From NCBI GenBank assembly GCA_049318705.1, contig JBMOFV010000009.1:31655-95654 (forward strand): DNA of 64,000 nt. Reading direction: 5' to 3'. The translations under genes and the position numbers were made by a program. Positions 28,593 to 38,302 of the stretch are shown one piece after another. The DNA comes from Chitinophagaceae bacterium (lineage in GTDB: Bacteria > Bacteroidota > Bacteroidia > Chitinophagales > Chitinophagaceae). The number at the start of each line of letters is the position of its first letter. The first letter of the stretch is position 1. The notes beneath the pieces were generated by a model. That model ran no database searches. It was not told where the DNA came from and saw nothing but the letters and a program-made list of their open reading frames with translations.

Positions 28593-28670
28593 GTATAACA
28601 ATACAGCTTCATTACCCGCGCCTTGAATCTACAGCATTTCTGAGTTATTCAGGAACCCCTATATGGCCAA

Positions 28671-29168
28671 TTAAATTACTTCGCAGTAATTCAAATCAAA
28701 GTACCCAAGAATGTCATTCGCATAGTCTTTGGTGAAATAGATTTTAGGGCTGTATTTGCCAAATACCGGATATTTTATTTTTTCCTGACCTTGTATATCA
28801 TAGTTGTAACCCACCAAAAAAAGTTTAGGTTCTTCCTTCATCCGGATTTTGTAAATACGGCGGTGACTGGCTGTTTTAAACCATTCGGAAATGGGTTCGG
28901 CATCATACTCAAAGACCTTCTGCAACTTAACCCGATATATTTCCTGGCCCTGATCATAATGGTCGGTGAAGATCAAATTAAAATTATGAACATAGCAGGC
29001 CAGACAATAATCGCCTTTAATGACAGCCGGGGTCTCCATATCGCCGATAATTTCCACATCCAGGCCCATATGGTCCCAAAAGGCAGCGAGCCTTGCATTG
29101 CGTTTTTGAATGGTTTGTTTGAGGTCCTTGACCATAGGACGCTTCATCGTAGTTCTTTCTATCGCCAT
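28671..29168 (-). CDS. Hypothetical cytoplasmic protein (165 aa), downstream of feoB
   Basis: Protein-like composition, unlike the antisense ORF 28791-29195. No signal peptide and no recognisable motif. Confidence 0.55.
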   Translation of the reverse strand: MAIERTTMKRPMVKDLKQTIQKRNARLAAFWDHMGLDVEIIGDMETPAVIKGDYCLACYVHNFNLIFTDHYDQGQEIYRVKLQKVFEYDAEPISEWFKTASHRRIYKIRMKEEPKLFLVGYNYDIQGQEKIKYPVFGKYSPKIYFTKDYANDILGYFDLNYCEVI

Positions 29169-29262
29169 ATCTCGAATTTGATTTGGTTATCTTAGTGATG
29201 CAAAAATAACCTTAATAATCAATCAATTATCCTGCCAATTTGTAAACTTCACCGCAAATATC

Positions 29263-31311
29263 TTAGGAGAAGAGTTGATAAACCAACCAGGAACTGATAT
29301 AAGCCACGCCTCCCATGAGAATAAATTGGAGAATGGGGTATTTCCATTTTCCGGTTTCGCGTTTTACAATAGCCAGTGTACTCATACATTGCATCGCAAA
29401 GGCGTAAAAAATCATCAGCGACATGCCCGTAGCTAATCCGTATACTTTTTGGCCATCGCTAAAGACAGCAGACTGCATTTTTTGCTTTAATGTTTTTTCA
29501 TCCTCTTCATCCACACTGTATAATGTGGCCATGGTGCCAACAAACACTTCGCGGGCTGCAAAGGAGGTAATCAGGGCAATTCCGATTTTCCAGTCATAAC
29601 CCAATGGTCGGATAGCAGGTTCAATACTTTTGCCAACAATACCCGCATAGGAATTCTCTAATTCGGATCGTGATGGTTTGCCATTTTCACCAGGGCCGTA
29701 TGAGGATAAAGCCCAAAGGATAACAGAAATCAACAAGATGACTTTACCGGCATCGGTTACAAAAACCCTGGCTTTCTGTACCATTGTAATTCCGGCATTT
29801 TTCCATCTGGGCATGCGATAAACCGGTAATTCCATGAGAAAAATGCTTTTTTCCATTTTTGCGATAAAACGATTCATTACCCATGCTGCCAAAAGTGCCA
29901 TCAGAAACCCAAGGATGTATAAAGCCATCATCATCAGGCCCTGCAGGCTGAAGAATCCCCACAATTTTTGTTCCGGAATTACGAGGCCAATTAAAATCGT
30001 ATACACCGGCAATCGGGCACTGCAACTCATAAATGGCGTGATCAGTATGGTGATGAGTTTTTCTTTTTTGTTTTCAATGGTCCGGGCGGCCATAATTGCC
30101 GGTACAGCACATGCGGTGGCGCTAATCATGGGCATGACCGACTTGCCATTTAGTCCAACGCTTCGCATCAGGCGATCGGTTAAAAAGCTGATTCGCGACA
30201 TATATCCTGAATCTTCTAACAAAGTGATCATGCCAAATAACAACATGATTTGTGGAATAAAAACCACAATACCATTGATGCCAGCCAGTATGCCATCTAC
30301 CAATAAATCTGTCAGAAAACCGCCGGGCATCAGTTCTTTCAAACGATGCAGGCTCCATGAAAATCCCTGATCTATCCAATCCATTGGAAATTGAGCCAGC
30401 CAGAAAACACTCTGAAACATCATGAACAAAACGAACAATAAAAACAAATAGCCATATACAGGATGTAACAAATATTCATCCCATTTCCGGCTTCGCAGTT
30501 CTAGTTTTTGGGGGTCTGTTTCAAAAACAGATACCTGCATGATTTTTTTGATGCGGGCATATCTGAGTAATGTTTCCTCTGCTTGTAAGCGGGTTTTATT
30601 AAAAGATAATTTTTCTAATTCTTCGGCCAGTGATTTTTTAGAGGCTTCACTGATGATACTCAATTTCGGAAAAGCTCCTGCAAAATGAATAGCGGCATAA
30701 TCACTGCTGACGGTCTTGTATTTTTTAACCGCCGCAATAATTTCAGGTGCCAGATGTTGATGATCGATAAAGTCTCGTTGTGGAATTTCGTATTGACCAA
30801 GAATGATGGATGCCAATTGTTTTTTTAATTCCGTGATGCCCTTATTGTTTCGCGGATTAATACCCACCACCGGATAGCCCAATTCCCTGGATAAGGCTGG
30901 AACATCTATTTGCAAACCCTTTTGTCGGGCAATGTCCATCATGGTTAGTGCTACAATGACCGGCTTGCGGATATCAAAAATTTGGGAACAGAATAGCAGA
31001 TTGCGTTTGAGGTTTGACGCATCCACCACCACAACCACACAATCGATTTTCACCAGTTCATCATCATCAAACAACACATCAAACGTAACCACCTCATCGT
31101 CACTTTTGGGATAAAGGCTATAAGTGCCCGGCAAGTCGGTCACATTGACCTGAAGTTCCGGACTTAGTGATAACTTACCGGTTTTTTTATCGACCGTAAC
31201 ACCCGGAAAATTGCCGACTTTTTGATTGAGGCCGGTCAGGGCATTGAAAAGCGAGCTCTTTCCACTATTTGGGTTACCCACCAATGCGATATTCTGCAGC
31301 CTTTCCGTCAT
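29263..31311 (-). CDS. feoB: Ferrous iron transporter FeoB
   Basis: N-terminal G domain IALVGNPNSGKSSLFNALTG..QKVGNFPGVTVDKKTG...DLPGTYSL followed by a polytopic membrane domain. Start taken at MTERLQN (31311); the ORF track extends to a TTG at 31356. Confidence 0.9.
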   Translation of the reverse strand: MTERLQNIALVGNPNSGKSSLFNALTGLNQKVGNFPGVTVDKKTGKLSLSPELQVNVTDLPGTYSLYPKSDDEVVTFDVLFDDDELVKIDCVVVVVDASNLKRNLLFCSQIFDIRKPVIVALTMMDIARQKGLQIDVPALSRELGYPVVGINPRNNKGITELKKQLASIILGQYEIPQRDFIDHQHLAPEIIAAVKKYKTVSSDYAAIHFAGAFPKLSIISEASKKSLAEELEKLSFNKTRLQAEETLLRYARIKKIMQVSVFETDPQKLELRSRKWDEYLLHPVYGYLFLLFVLFMMFQSVFWLAQFPMDWIDQGFSWSLHRLKELMPGGFLTDLLVDGILAGINGIVVFIPQIMLLFGMITLLEDSGYMSRISFLTDRLMRSVGLNGKSVMPMISATACAVPAIMAARTIENKKEKLITILITPFMSCSARLPVYTILIGLVIPEQKLWGFFSLQGLMMMALYILGFLMALLAAWVMNRFIAKMEKSIFLMELPVYRMPRWKNAGITMVQKARVFVTDAGKVILLISVILWALSSYGPGENGKPSRSELENSYAGIVGKSIEPAIRPLGYDWKIGIALITSFAAREVFVGTMATLYSVDEEDEKTLKQKMQSAVFSDGQKVYGLATGMSLMIFYAFAMQCMSTLAIVKRETGKWKYPILQFILMGGVAYISSWLVYQLFS

Positions 31312-31492
31312 GAATTGCGCAAATCTATGGCATCCTCCCAGCTTGCCGTTGTGCAATCGGGAAAATTATCAGTTTGAACGGATATTTACCTTGTCCCAAA
31401 TGCAGGTGCAAAGTGCCTTTTGTCGATACGATTTGGGCTTCGTCTAAAATCATCTTGTCAAGAGTACAAGTCGGGTTGTACTTTTACAAACT

Positions 31493-32485
31493 ATGCTTCA
31501 GCTGAAATTTAAATCAATTTCCACCCCTTTCAAACAACCTTTTACAACTGCACATGGGCTCAAAACCCATCAGGAGGCCTTACTCATTGCACTGGGGTTT
31601 AATCAAATCACCGGATTTGGTGAAGCCCCTGCTATTCACTATTATCAGGTGAGTGTTGAAGATATGATTCAAAAATTGCAGAGCAAGGCTGAAATGATTG
31701 AACGTTATGTAATGAATGAGCCGGAGCGATTTTGGCATTATTGCCATCATTTATTTCCGAATGATCCTTTTTTGGTTTGTGCATTGGATATGGCCTACTG
31801 GGATTTGTACATAAAATACACCAAAAAGGATCGGAAAGTGCTTTGGAATATCCCCGATCAGGAAGGTCCTTTGACGGATTATACCATTGGTTTGGATGAG
31901 CCGGAAAAAATGTTGGCCAAATTAAAGGAAATGCCATGGCCCATCTACAAAATCAAAGTATCGGAACCGGAACATTTGAACATGCTTCAACTTTTACGTC
32001 AACATACTGATGCGAAAATCCGAATCGATGCCAATGCTTCCTGGACTTTTGACCAAGCCATACAATTATTACCTGAGTTGGAAAAATTGCAAATTGAACT
32101 CATTGAACAACCCTTATCTCAGGCGGAAAATGACGCCATGGTAGAATTGAAAAAGCATAGCAGCATACCACTCATAGCGGATGAATCGTGTGTGAATGAG
32201 GCTGATATTGAAAAAATTGCCAAGGGCTTCGATGGCATCAATATCAAATTGACCAAATGCGGGGGGATTACTCCTGCCTTGAGGATGATTGAAAAAGCAC
32301 GGGCAATGAACTTATCTGTTATGATGGGATGTATGAATGAAACGGAAATTGGAACCACACCCATGGTCCACATGCTGCCTTTGCTGGATTACGCCGATAT
32401 GGATGGCCCCTTGTTACTGGATGTGCCGGAACCTGCTTTTTATCGGTATGACTATGGAAAAATGATTCTGAACAAGCAGGCATAA
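31493..32485 (+). CDS. Dipeptide epimerase / enolase-superfamily (MR/MLE) enzyme
   Basis: 330 aa. ...KIRIDANASWT..QA......L..L.IELIEQPL......M.ELK..S.IPLIADES...DGINIKL.KCGGIT, the pattern of L-Ala-D/L-Glu epimerase-like enzymes. Confidence 0.7.
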   Translation: MLQLKFKSISTPFKQPFTTAHGLKTHQEALLIALGFNQITGFGEAPAIHYYQVSVEDMIQKLQSKAEMIERYVMNEPERFWHYCHHLFPNDPFLVCALDMAYWDLYIKYTKKDRKVLWNIPDQEGPLTDYTIGLDEPEKMLAKLKEMPWPIYKIKVSEPEHLNMLQLLRQHTDAKIRIDANASWTFDQAIQLLPELEKLQIELIEQPLSQAENDAMVELKKHSSIPLIADESCVNEADIEKIAKGFDGINIKLTKCGGITPALRMIEKARAMNLSVMMGCMNETEIGTTPMVHMLPLLDYADMDGPLLLDVPEPAFYRYDYGKMILNKQA

Positions 32486-32545
32486 ACATACTTTTCACTT
32501 TCGCTCGAGGAATTCGACCTGAATAGTTCTTATCATTGCAATGAA

Positions 32546-33979
32546 ATGATGCGTTTGATGAATCGTGGCCTGTTTTTGATCGGCTTTTTGGTCGGAATGA
32601 TGTCGTGCGCAAACATCATGACACCCGATGGCGGTCCGCGTGATACCAAAGCCCCTCAGCTCAAACGACGCTCGGTGTCCGATTCTTCTTTGGGCTTTCA
32701 AGGGGGTAAAATTCAATTTGAATTTGATGAGTTTATTCAAATCAAAGATGCCGCGGGTCAGATTCAAATCAGCCCATTGGTTTCCACAAACTTAAAGGCT
32801 GGTGCACATAAACGCACCCTGACGCTTGAAATACCAGATTCCTTATTATTGCCTTCTACGACATATCAGTTGAGTTTGGGAAAGGCCGTGGTGGATTTAC
32901 ATGAAGGGAATCCCGCAGAGGAAATACGCTTTACTTTTTCGACCGGCAATTTTTTTGATTCATTGAGTATCAGAGGAAAGGTTTTTGAATCGGAAACAGG
33001 CTTGCCAGATACGGCCGCTTGGATTGTGCTGCATCCTGCAAATCGACCGGACTCTGCCATCAGTTATGAAAAACCGCTCTATGCTGTGAAAAATAAAATG
33101 GGGGTTTTTGAATTGCTTCATTTGCCGGGAAGGGCGTTTAAAATTTATGCCTTGCGCGATTTGAACAATAACCTTAAATATGATGCTCCGGGTGAGCGCA
33201 TTGCTTTTTCAGATTCGAATATAGTTCCGGGTGATTCGCTTTTGCAGGTTACTTTGTATACCTTCTTTGAAAAGGACCTCGATAGCAGCAAAAAACCGAT
33301 AAGTCCCAAACCTGGTGTTAATAGCAATAAACCCAAATCAGGGGATGCGACATTTACTTATGTGTTGAATGTGGATACATCGAACCTCAAAAGCCGGAGT
33401 TTAGATATTACACAGGGTTTAAAATTTACCTTTAATCAGGCGGTGAAAAATTGGGATGAAACTAAAATCCGTTTATATCAAGGTAGTATATTGGATGCGA
33501 GTGTATCGATTGTTTTGGATAGTACCCGAAAAATTCTCAAATTAAGTACGGACTGGCAACAGGATGTTTTGTATCAGGTGCAATTGTTGGAGGGTTTTGT
33601 GCAAGATACCTTGATGCAGAAAATGCGGGCCGATACATTTATGTTTCGAAGTAAGCGCAAAAGTGATTATGGATACTTCACTTTGTTGTGCCCGGCGAAT
33701 CAAAACGTAGTTGCCCAATTGATGTTAAATAATCAGGTTATTCGTGAACAACCTTGTCGGGATACCATCCTGAATTTTACCCAATTAAATCCGGGTTCTT
33801 ATCAACTGAGGTTGTTGAAAGATGAAAACGGCAATGGGCAATTGGACGCAGGTAGTTGGAAACAAAAACGCCAACCGGAAAATGTTGAATTAATTCCGAA
33901 TGAAATTTTGATTAAAGCCAATTGGGAACAAAAATTAGATATTCGTAAAAAACCTAAACTGAAAAAAAAGGATGAATAA
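32546..33979 (+). CDS. Ig-like domain-containing lipoprotein
   Basis: Lipoprotein signal ...FLVGMMSC followed by PDGGPRDTKAPQ, a start typical of Bacteroidota Ig-like (SbsA_Ig-type) lipoproteins. 477 aa. Confidence 0.6.
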   Translation: MMRLMNRGLFLIGFLVGMMSCANIMTPDGGPRDTKAPQLKRRSVSDSSLGFQGGKIQFEFDEFIQIKDAAGQIQISPLVSTNLKAGAHKRTLTLEIPDSLLLPSTTYQLSLGKAVVDLHEGNPAEEIRFTFSTGNFFDSLSIRGKVFESETGLPDTAAWIVLHPANRPDSAISYEKPLYAVKNKMGVFELLHLPGRAFKIYALRDLNNNLKYDAPGERIAFSDSNIVPGDSLLQVTLYTFFEKDLDSSKKPISPKPGVNSNKPKSGDATFTYVLNVDTSNLKSRSLDITQGLKFTFNQAVKNWDETKIRLYQGSILDASVSIVLDSTRKILKLSTDWQQDVLYQVQLLEGFVQDTLMQKMRADTFMFRSKRKSDYGYFTLLCPANQNVVAQLMLNNQVIREQPCRDTILNFTQLNPGSYQLRLLKDENGNGQLDAGSWKQKRQPENVELIPNEILIKANWEQKLDIRKKPKLKKKDE

Positions 33980-34697
33980 TAATAAACCCATACTCCTGAT
34001 TTTGCATGGTGCATTAGGTGATCAAAAGCAGATGCAAGCCCTTGCCGACACTTTTTCTGCTTCGTTTGAAGTACATCATCCAAACTGGCCCGGTCATGGT
34101 GATTCACCCCTGGGAACTTATACCTTTGATGTAAATAGTTATGTTCAGTTTTTATTGACCTACATCGAATCCCTGCAAAATACTGTTTATGTATTTGGTT
34201 ATAGCATGGGCGGCTATATTGCCTTGATGGCCGCTCTTGAAAAACCGGATTTATTTCACAAGATTATCACCCTGGCGACAAAATTAGATTGGTCACCGGA
34301 AAGTGCAGCTCGTGAAATAAAGATGTTGGACAAAGAAAAAATGCTCGAAAAAATTCCGGCTTATGCCCAAACATTACAAAAGCGGCATACAGCTATGGGC
34401 TGGGAAGATGTGTTAAGTGGAACTGCCAAAATAATGAAGGAGTTAGGTGATCATCCTTATTTAACACCAACCGCTGTGGCTGCCTTGCAAGTATCCGTCA
34501 CTATGGGTATCGGTGACCGGGATACGATGGTCAGTTTGGCGGAGACGATACAAATTCAACAGGCAATTCCAAACTCATCCTTGTATGTATTGCCACAAAC
34601 CCCACATCCCATAGAGAAACTTCATTTACCCTATTTGAAAACGATCCTTTTAGGGAGTTGCGGATTAAAAGATGTAGAAGGTCCTAAAATCTATTAA
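33972..34697 (+). CDS. Alpha/beta hydrolase
   Basis: ILLILHGALG near the N-terminus and the nucleophile elbow GYSMGG. 241 aa. The start overlaps the upstream stop by 8 nt. Confidence 0.75.
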   Translation: MNNNKPILLILHGALGDQKQMQALADTFSASFEVHHPNWPGHGDSPLGTYTFDVNSYVQFLLTYIESLQNTVYVFGYSMGGYIALMAALEKPDLFHKIITLATKLDWSPESAAREIKMLDKEKMLEKIPAYAQTLQKRHTAMGWEDVLSGTAKIMKELGDHPYLTPTAVAALQVSVTMGIGDRDTMVSLAETIQIQQAIPNSSLYVLPQTPHPIEKLHLPYLKTILLGSCGLKDVEGPKIY

Positions 34698-36259
34698 TCA
34701 ACAATCAATAAACTTTTGGTCAGCTTAGTGGAACTTCCAACTTGCAGTTGGTAAAAATACTGACCTGCGGGCAATCCATTTCTTTCTACGCCGATATCGA
34801 ACCGACCTGCAGGAACTTCATTTTCATAAAGCACCCGAAGCATGCGACCCATTTGATCGTACAAAAGAATTTGGGCAGCGCCTCCTTCAGAGCTAAATCG
34901 AATGGTGGTATGGCTGCGGAATGGGTTCGGGAAATTTTGTTCGAGTGATAATTGGGCAGGGGCTTCCACCTGAGGTGTATCAACTGTCCATTTGAAAATA
35001 GGCAACCAATTGTAATTCTGTCCATTTAGGATGGTACTCACATTGGAGGGCTGAAGTGAAAACCAATCTGATAAAATGGTGGAATACACTTGCCGGAAAT
35101 CATGTTGCATAGGCACATTGTCGTTTGCCGTTGCGCTTGCCGGTAAATTAGGACTTGTGCCAATTATAGTTGGGTTTACCTTACTGCCGAAAACAAACAT
35201 AGGTACCCCTGAACCATGGTCGGTACCTTCGCTGGCATTGGATTTTACCCGACGGCCGAATTCGGTGAAGGTGCAACCGGTCACTTTATCGTCCAGATTT
35301 TGCATATCCAAATCCTGTTGGAATGCGCCAATCGCATCGGAAAGTTGTTTGAGTAAATCTGCATGCTGTCCGAGCGTATGATCATTGGCATCAACCTGAT
35401 TGTCGTGGGTATCAAAGCCGCCAATATTTACGACATACACCGGTGTTTTTAAACCGCCTGAAATCAACTTGGCGACAATTTTTAATTGATCGGCCAATCG
35501 ATTGTTGGCAGGATAGGTAGCGACATTGGTACCTAGTCCGGCAGCATTGGCAATTACCTGGGTATAAGCCTGGGTTTGTTGTGAGATAAAACGAATGTAA
35601 GTCAACTCGTTTCCGGCAGGTGTGGCAGGAGCCGGATCAACGGTTCCGTTGACGATATTATAAAAACTGGAGATATTCGAGATGGCTAAACCGTTGAGCC
35701 CTGCAGCGCCTGACATCATGGACGAAACCGAGGTGCCTATTTCGATTGATAAGGGATCCAGGAAATTTGGATCCGGATAGGCATAAGGGGCTCCGGGAAA
35801 TTGATGATCGATGAAGCGGCCAATCCATCCTGTGTCAACAAATGTTGCTGAATCAGATGCGCTAAACATAATATCCGAAGAACGGAAATGTGAAAAATTC
35901 GGATCGGGATAACTGACACCCTGGATGATATTGAGCTTGCCGTTATTATACATGTTGCGCATGGCACTCATAGCCGGATGTAGGCCTGTGGTAGTTGTGC
36001 CGTTGAGACTTAACACACTGCTTTGAGGGATTATAATATTGGAGCGGGCATTACTTAGTTCGCTGTATTTATCGAGGGGGATGAGCGTGTTCAGTCCATC
36101 ATTTCCACCACTCAGGCGAATGAGTACTAAAATATTGCCATTGGTATTGCGGGTTTTTGCCAATAATCCGTCGCTGCCGAATGCATGTACCGGCACGCCA
36201 TTGAGGGTATAGGCCAAGGTGGCCATGGAACTCATTTTGAGGAAATCTCTGCGTTTCAT
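34694..36259 (-). CDS. DUF1501 (sulfatase-fold) protein with twin-arginine signal and T9SS C-terminal sorting domain
   Basis: N-terminus MKRRDFLKMSSMATLAYTLNGVPVHAFG (RRxFLK Tat motif). DUF1501 blocks LSGGNDGLNT, FDTHDNQ, TEFGRR...GTDHG. C-terminal NFPNPFRSHTTIRF...GQYFYQLQVGSSTKLTKSLLIVD. Confidence 0.8.
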   Translation of the reverse strand: MKRRDFLKMSSMATLAYTLNGVPVHAFGSDGLLAKTRNTNGNILVLIRLSGGNDGLNTLIPLDKYSELSNARSNIIIPQSSVLSLNGTTTTGLHPAMSAMRNMYNNGKLNIIQGVSYPDPNFSHFRSSDIMFSASDSATFVDTGWIGRFIDHQFPGAPYAYPDPNFLDPLSIEIGTSVSSMMSGAAGLNGLAISNISSFYNIVNGTVDPAPATPAGNELTYIRFISQQTQAYTQVIANAAGLGTNVATYPANNRLADQLKIVAKLISGGLKTPVYVVNIGGFDTHDNQVDANDHTLGQHADLLKQLSDAIGAFQQDLDMQNLDDKVTGCTFTEFGRRVKSNASEGTDHGSGVPMFVFGSKVNPTIIGTSPNLPASATANDNVPMQHDFRQVYSTILSDWFSLQPSNVSTILNGQNYNWLPIFKWTVDTPQVEAPAQLSLEQNFPNPFRSHTTIRFSSEGGAAQILLYDQMGRMLRVLYENEVPAGRFDIGVERNGLPAGQYFYQLQVGSSTKLTKSLLIVD

Positions 36260-36284
36260 ATTTGAAGAATTTACCGGTATTTAA

Positions 36285-38009
36285 TTAACATAAATGATTT
36301 TCGGCCAAACGGCACATTTCAGTAAGCATCAGTTGCAAGCGCCCTTTTACGATTCCTTCGAAGGTAGCATTGCCGGGGCTATTGATATAATCGTTCCAGG
36401 CATTGGTCCAATAGTAGTTTTGACTTTGGCCGGATAATAGAATGGATTTAAAATAATCTTTCATGGATTGAGAAAGGGTTAAACCTAACAAATACAATAC
36501 ACATTCATCAATCACTGCCACGGGATCGGCGGGGTCGCTCAGGGTTTGAACAAAAGCCAATACATCGCATTTGACCTGATAGTTTGGAGATGCCCAAACA
36601 CCATAGTTGGTAAAAAGTGCATCATTCATCTTCATACGTTTAGGAAGGGTGTCGGAGTTAATCCACATTTGATGGAACTGCGGCGTTTGATAAAACGCCG
36701 GCCATCCACTAACGCTGGGCGGGCTGCCCGGGTCCATGCCATTTTGTTCGCAGTAATATGCAAAAATGTAATAAGCACGCCAATAATCTTCGATGGGTGT
36801 GCTGATTGGAATCTGAATATTGAGGGTGCGTGCAAGGCCGAGGTAAAAGTCCATTGGTGTACGGATATAACAATCCATACTTAAGGTGTCGTAAAAATGA
36901 TCGCTTTTGAATAACTGTAAAAGAACCGGTTTGATATTCCAGTTATTATTGATGAGGGTTGTTGCCATGCCGCTGATGATATCCGTTTCGATGGTGGCAT
37001 CAATATCGTAGTACACAAAAAAGCGGTAGATTTTTCGGCATAGATGTTTGGCTACAATTTGGTCTTTTGCAAAAATCATGTTTAATAAGTCGTCGAGCTC
37101 GTTGGCGCCATTGGCACCGCTTTGGCCAGTAATGACTGTATTATTATAAAAGGCAGAAAACTGTTTATTGGCCGTTTCGTGTTTGGTGCTGTCGAAAGAG
37201 GTCGTTAGCGATCCCTGATCGACCCGATATCCTGTAAGCACTTTTGCGGCAGCCTTTACATCGTCTTCATTCCACAGATTGGGTCCTTTGCCGATGGTAA
37301 AGAGTTCTTGTAATTCACGGGCGTAATTTTCGTCAGGGGAATTTTTGATGTTATAATGTCCATTCAGGTAATACAACATCATGGGCTCTTTGGTGATTTC
37401 TTTAATAAATGTTTTGAAATTGCCCAAAGCATGGGTGCGCAATAAGTTCAGGTAACGATACTGAGCGACGGCGAAACCCACAACATTGGATTCGCAAACA
37501 AAGTGATTGTGCCAGAAAAGGGTCATTTTTTCGTGAATACTCAAACCCTGATTCAGAATATTTTTCACCCACCAGGCTTTCAGGGATAATTCGCGGTAAT
37601 AATTCGCGGTTCCATCGCCATAACCGGCATTGACCCAGGTAGCTCCAAGAGGAACGGAGGTCGGGTCGGGGTAAAGATTTTCGTAATAATTAACGGGTGG
37701 TGCCGGATTGGGAGGTGCCGTATTGATGAGGGCATCAACGGTTTGACTCATGGTCATACTGCCAATAGAAGCCAGGCTGGCCGGGCTCACACCAAAGGTC
37801 GTGCGACGCAGGAGATGTAACTTTTGTTCGTTGGTCCAGGGGCCGGTGTATTGCGAGAGGCCGGCACGTTTGCGTTTAAAGCCCAACGGCGATTGTTTGT
37901 TGGAATACTTTTTAAACAGTTCATCCTGATTGATATCATAGGGTGCATCTTTCACCGAACTTTGGGTGAATAATTGACGTAAAAAGTCTCTTCTGTTGGA
38001 GTCTCCCAT
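36285..38009 (-). CDS. DUF1800 domain-containing protein
   Basis: 574 aa. HLLRRTTFG, FWHNHF and the usual pairing immediately upstream of a DUF1501 gene. Confidence 0.75.
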   Translation of the reverse strand: MGDSNRRDFLRQLFTQSSVKDAPYDINQDELFKKYSNKQSPLGFKRKRAGLSQYTGPWTNEQKLHLLRRTTFGVSPASLASIGSMTMSQTVDALINTAPPNPAPPVNYYENLYPDPTSVPLGATWVNAGYGDGTANYYRELSLKAWWVKNILNQGLSIHEKMTLFWHNHFVCESNVVGFAVAQYRYLNLLRTHALGNFKTFIKEITKEPMMLYYLNGHYNIKNSPDENYARELQELFTIGKGPNLWNEDDVKAAAKVLTGYRVDQGSLTTSFDSTKHETANKQFSAFYNNTVITGQSGANGANELDDLLNMIFAKDQIVAKHLCRKIYRFFVYYDIDATIETDIISGMATTLINNNWNIKPVLLQLFKSDHFYDTLSMDCYIRTPMDFYLGLARTLNIQIPISTPIEDYWRAYYIFAYYCEQNGMDPGSPPSVSGWPAFYQTPQFHQMWINSDTLPKRMKMNDALFTNYGVWASPNYQVKCDVLAFVQTLSDPADPVAVIDECVLYLLGLTLSQSMKDYFKSILLSGQSQNYYWTNAWNDYINSPGNATFEGIVKGRLQLMLTEMCRLAENHLC

Positions 38010-38139
38010 GGGTAACAGTTTTAATGGTGAACCAAATTCCTGCCTGTTCAGAATAAAGTGCTGGAATTCAGTTCTATAAAAGTAGAAAGGCGCTGATTAA
38101 AATCCAATAAATTAACATAGTTGTCCTGAAAATTAATAT

Positions 38140-38302
38140 GAGACCGTTGCAAAACCTCTGTAAATCAACTGAAAAGTCATTTGGCTTCAAATTTCTGCGT
38201 TACTTTAAATTTTTCATCCGCTCATTATCAGCAAGATAAATCGCAAATCAAAAATTTAAAAAGCCTTGAACTTTTTTGCCAAATGACTTTTGCAACGGTC
38301 TC
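38140..38302. mobile_element. Family-2 inverted-repeat (MITE-like) element, 163 bp
   Basis: Terminal inverted repeats GAGACCGTTGCAAAA (38140-38154) and TTTTGCAACGGTCTC (38288-38302), plus inner arms AAGTCATTTGGC/GCCAAATGACTT. Flanked by a perfect 5-bp direct repeat AATAT (38135-38139 and 38303-38307). Confidence 0.6.

Larger units (their letters stand above)
28182..28660. mobile_element. Family-1 inverted-repeat element, 479-bp copy carrying nested modules A and B
   Basis: Termini GGGGTTCCTGAATAAC ... GTTATTCAGGAACCCC are perfectly complementary to each other. Collinear with the 16112 and 19003 copies outside the inserted modules. No flanking direct repeat (TTAAA vs ATATG). Confidence 0.7.

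Noticed and set aside
31312-31492. feoA gene or FeoA domain upstream of feoB
   Set aside because: In-frame TGA TAA lie immediately before the feoB start. The only small ORF (MILDEAQIVSTKGTLHLHLGQGKYPFKLIIFPIAQRQAGRMP) has no FeoA-like SH3 pattern.
33955-33975. A8 homopolymer at the junction of two overlapping genes (and an A8 run at about 43365 in the receptor gene) as phase-variation tracts
   Set aside because: Runs of 8 are short and arise naturally from Lys codons (AAA/AAG) in an AT-rich genome. There is no evidence of frameshifted alternatives.
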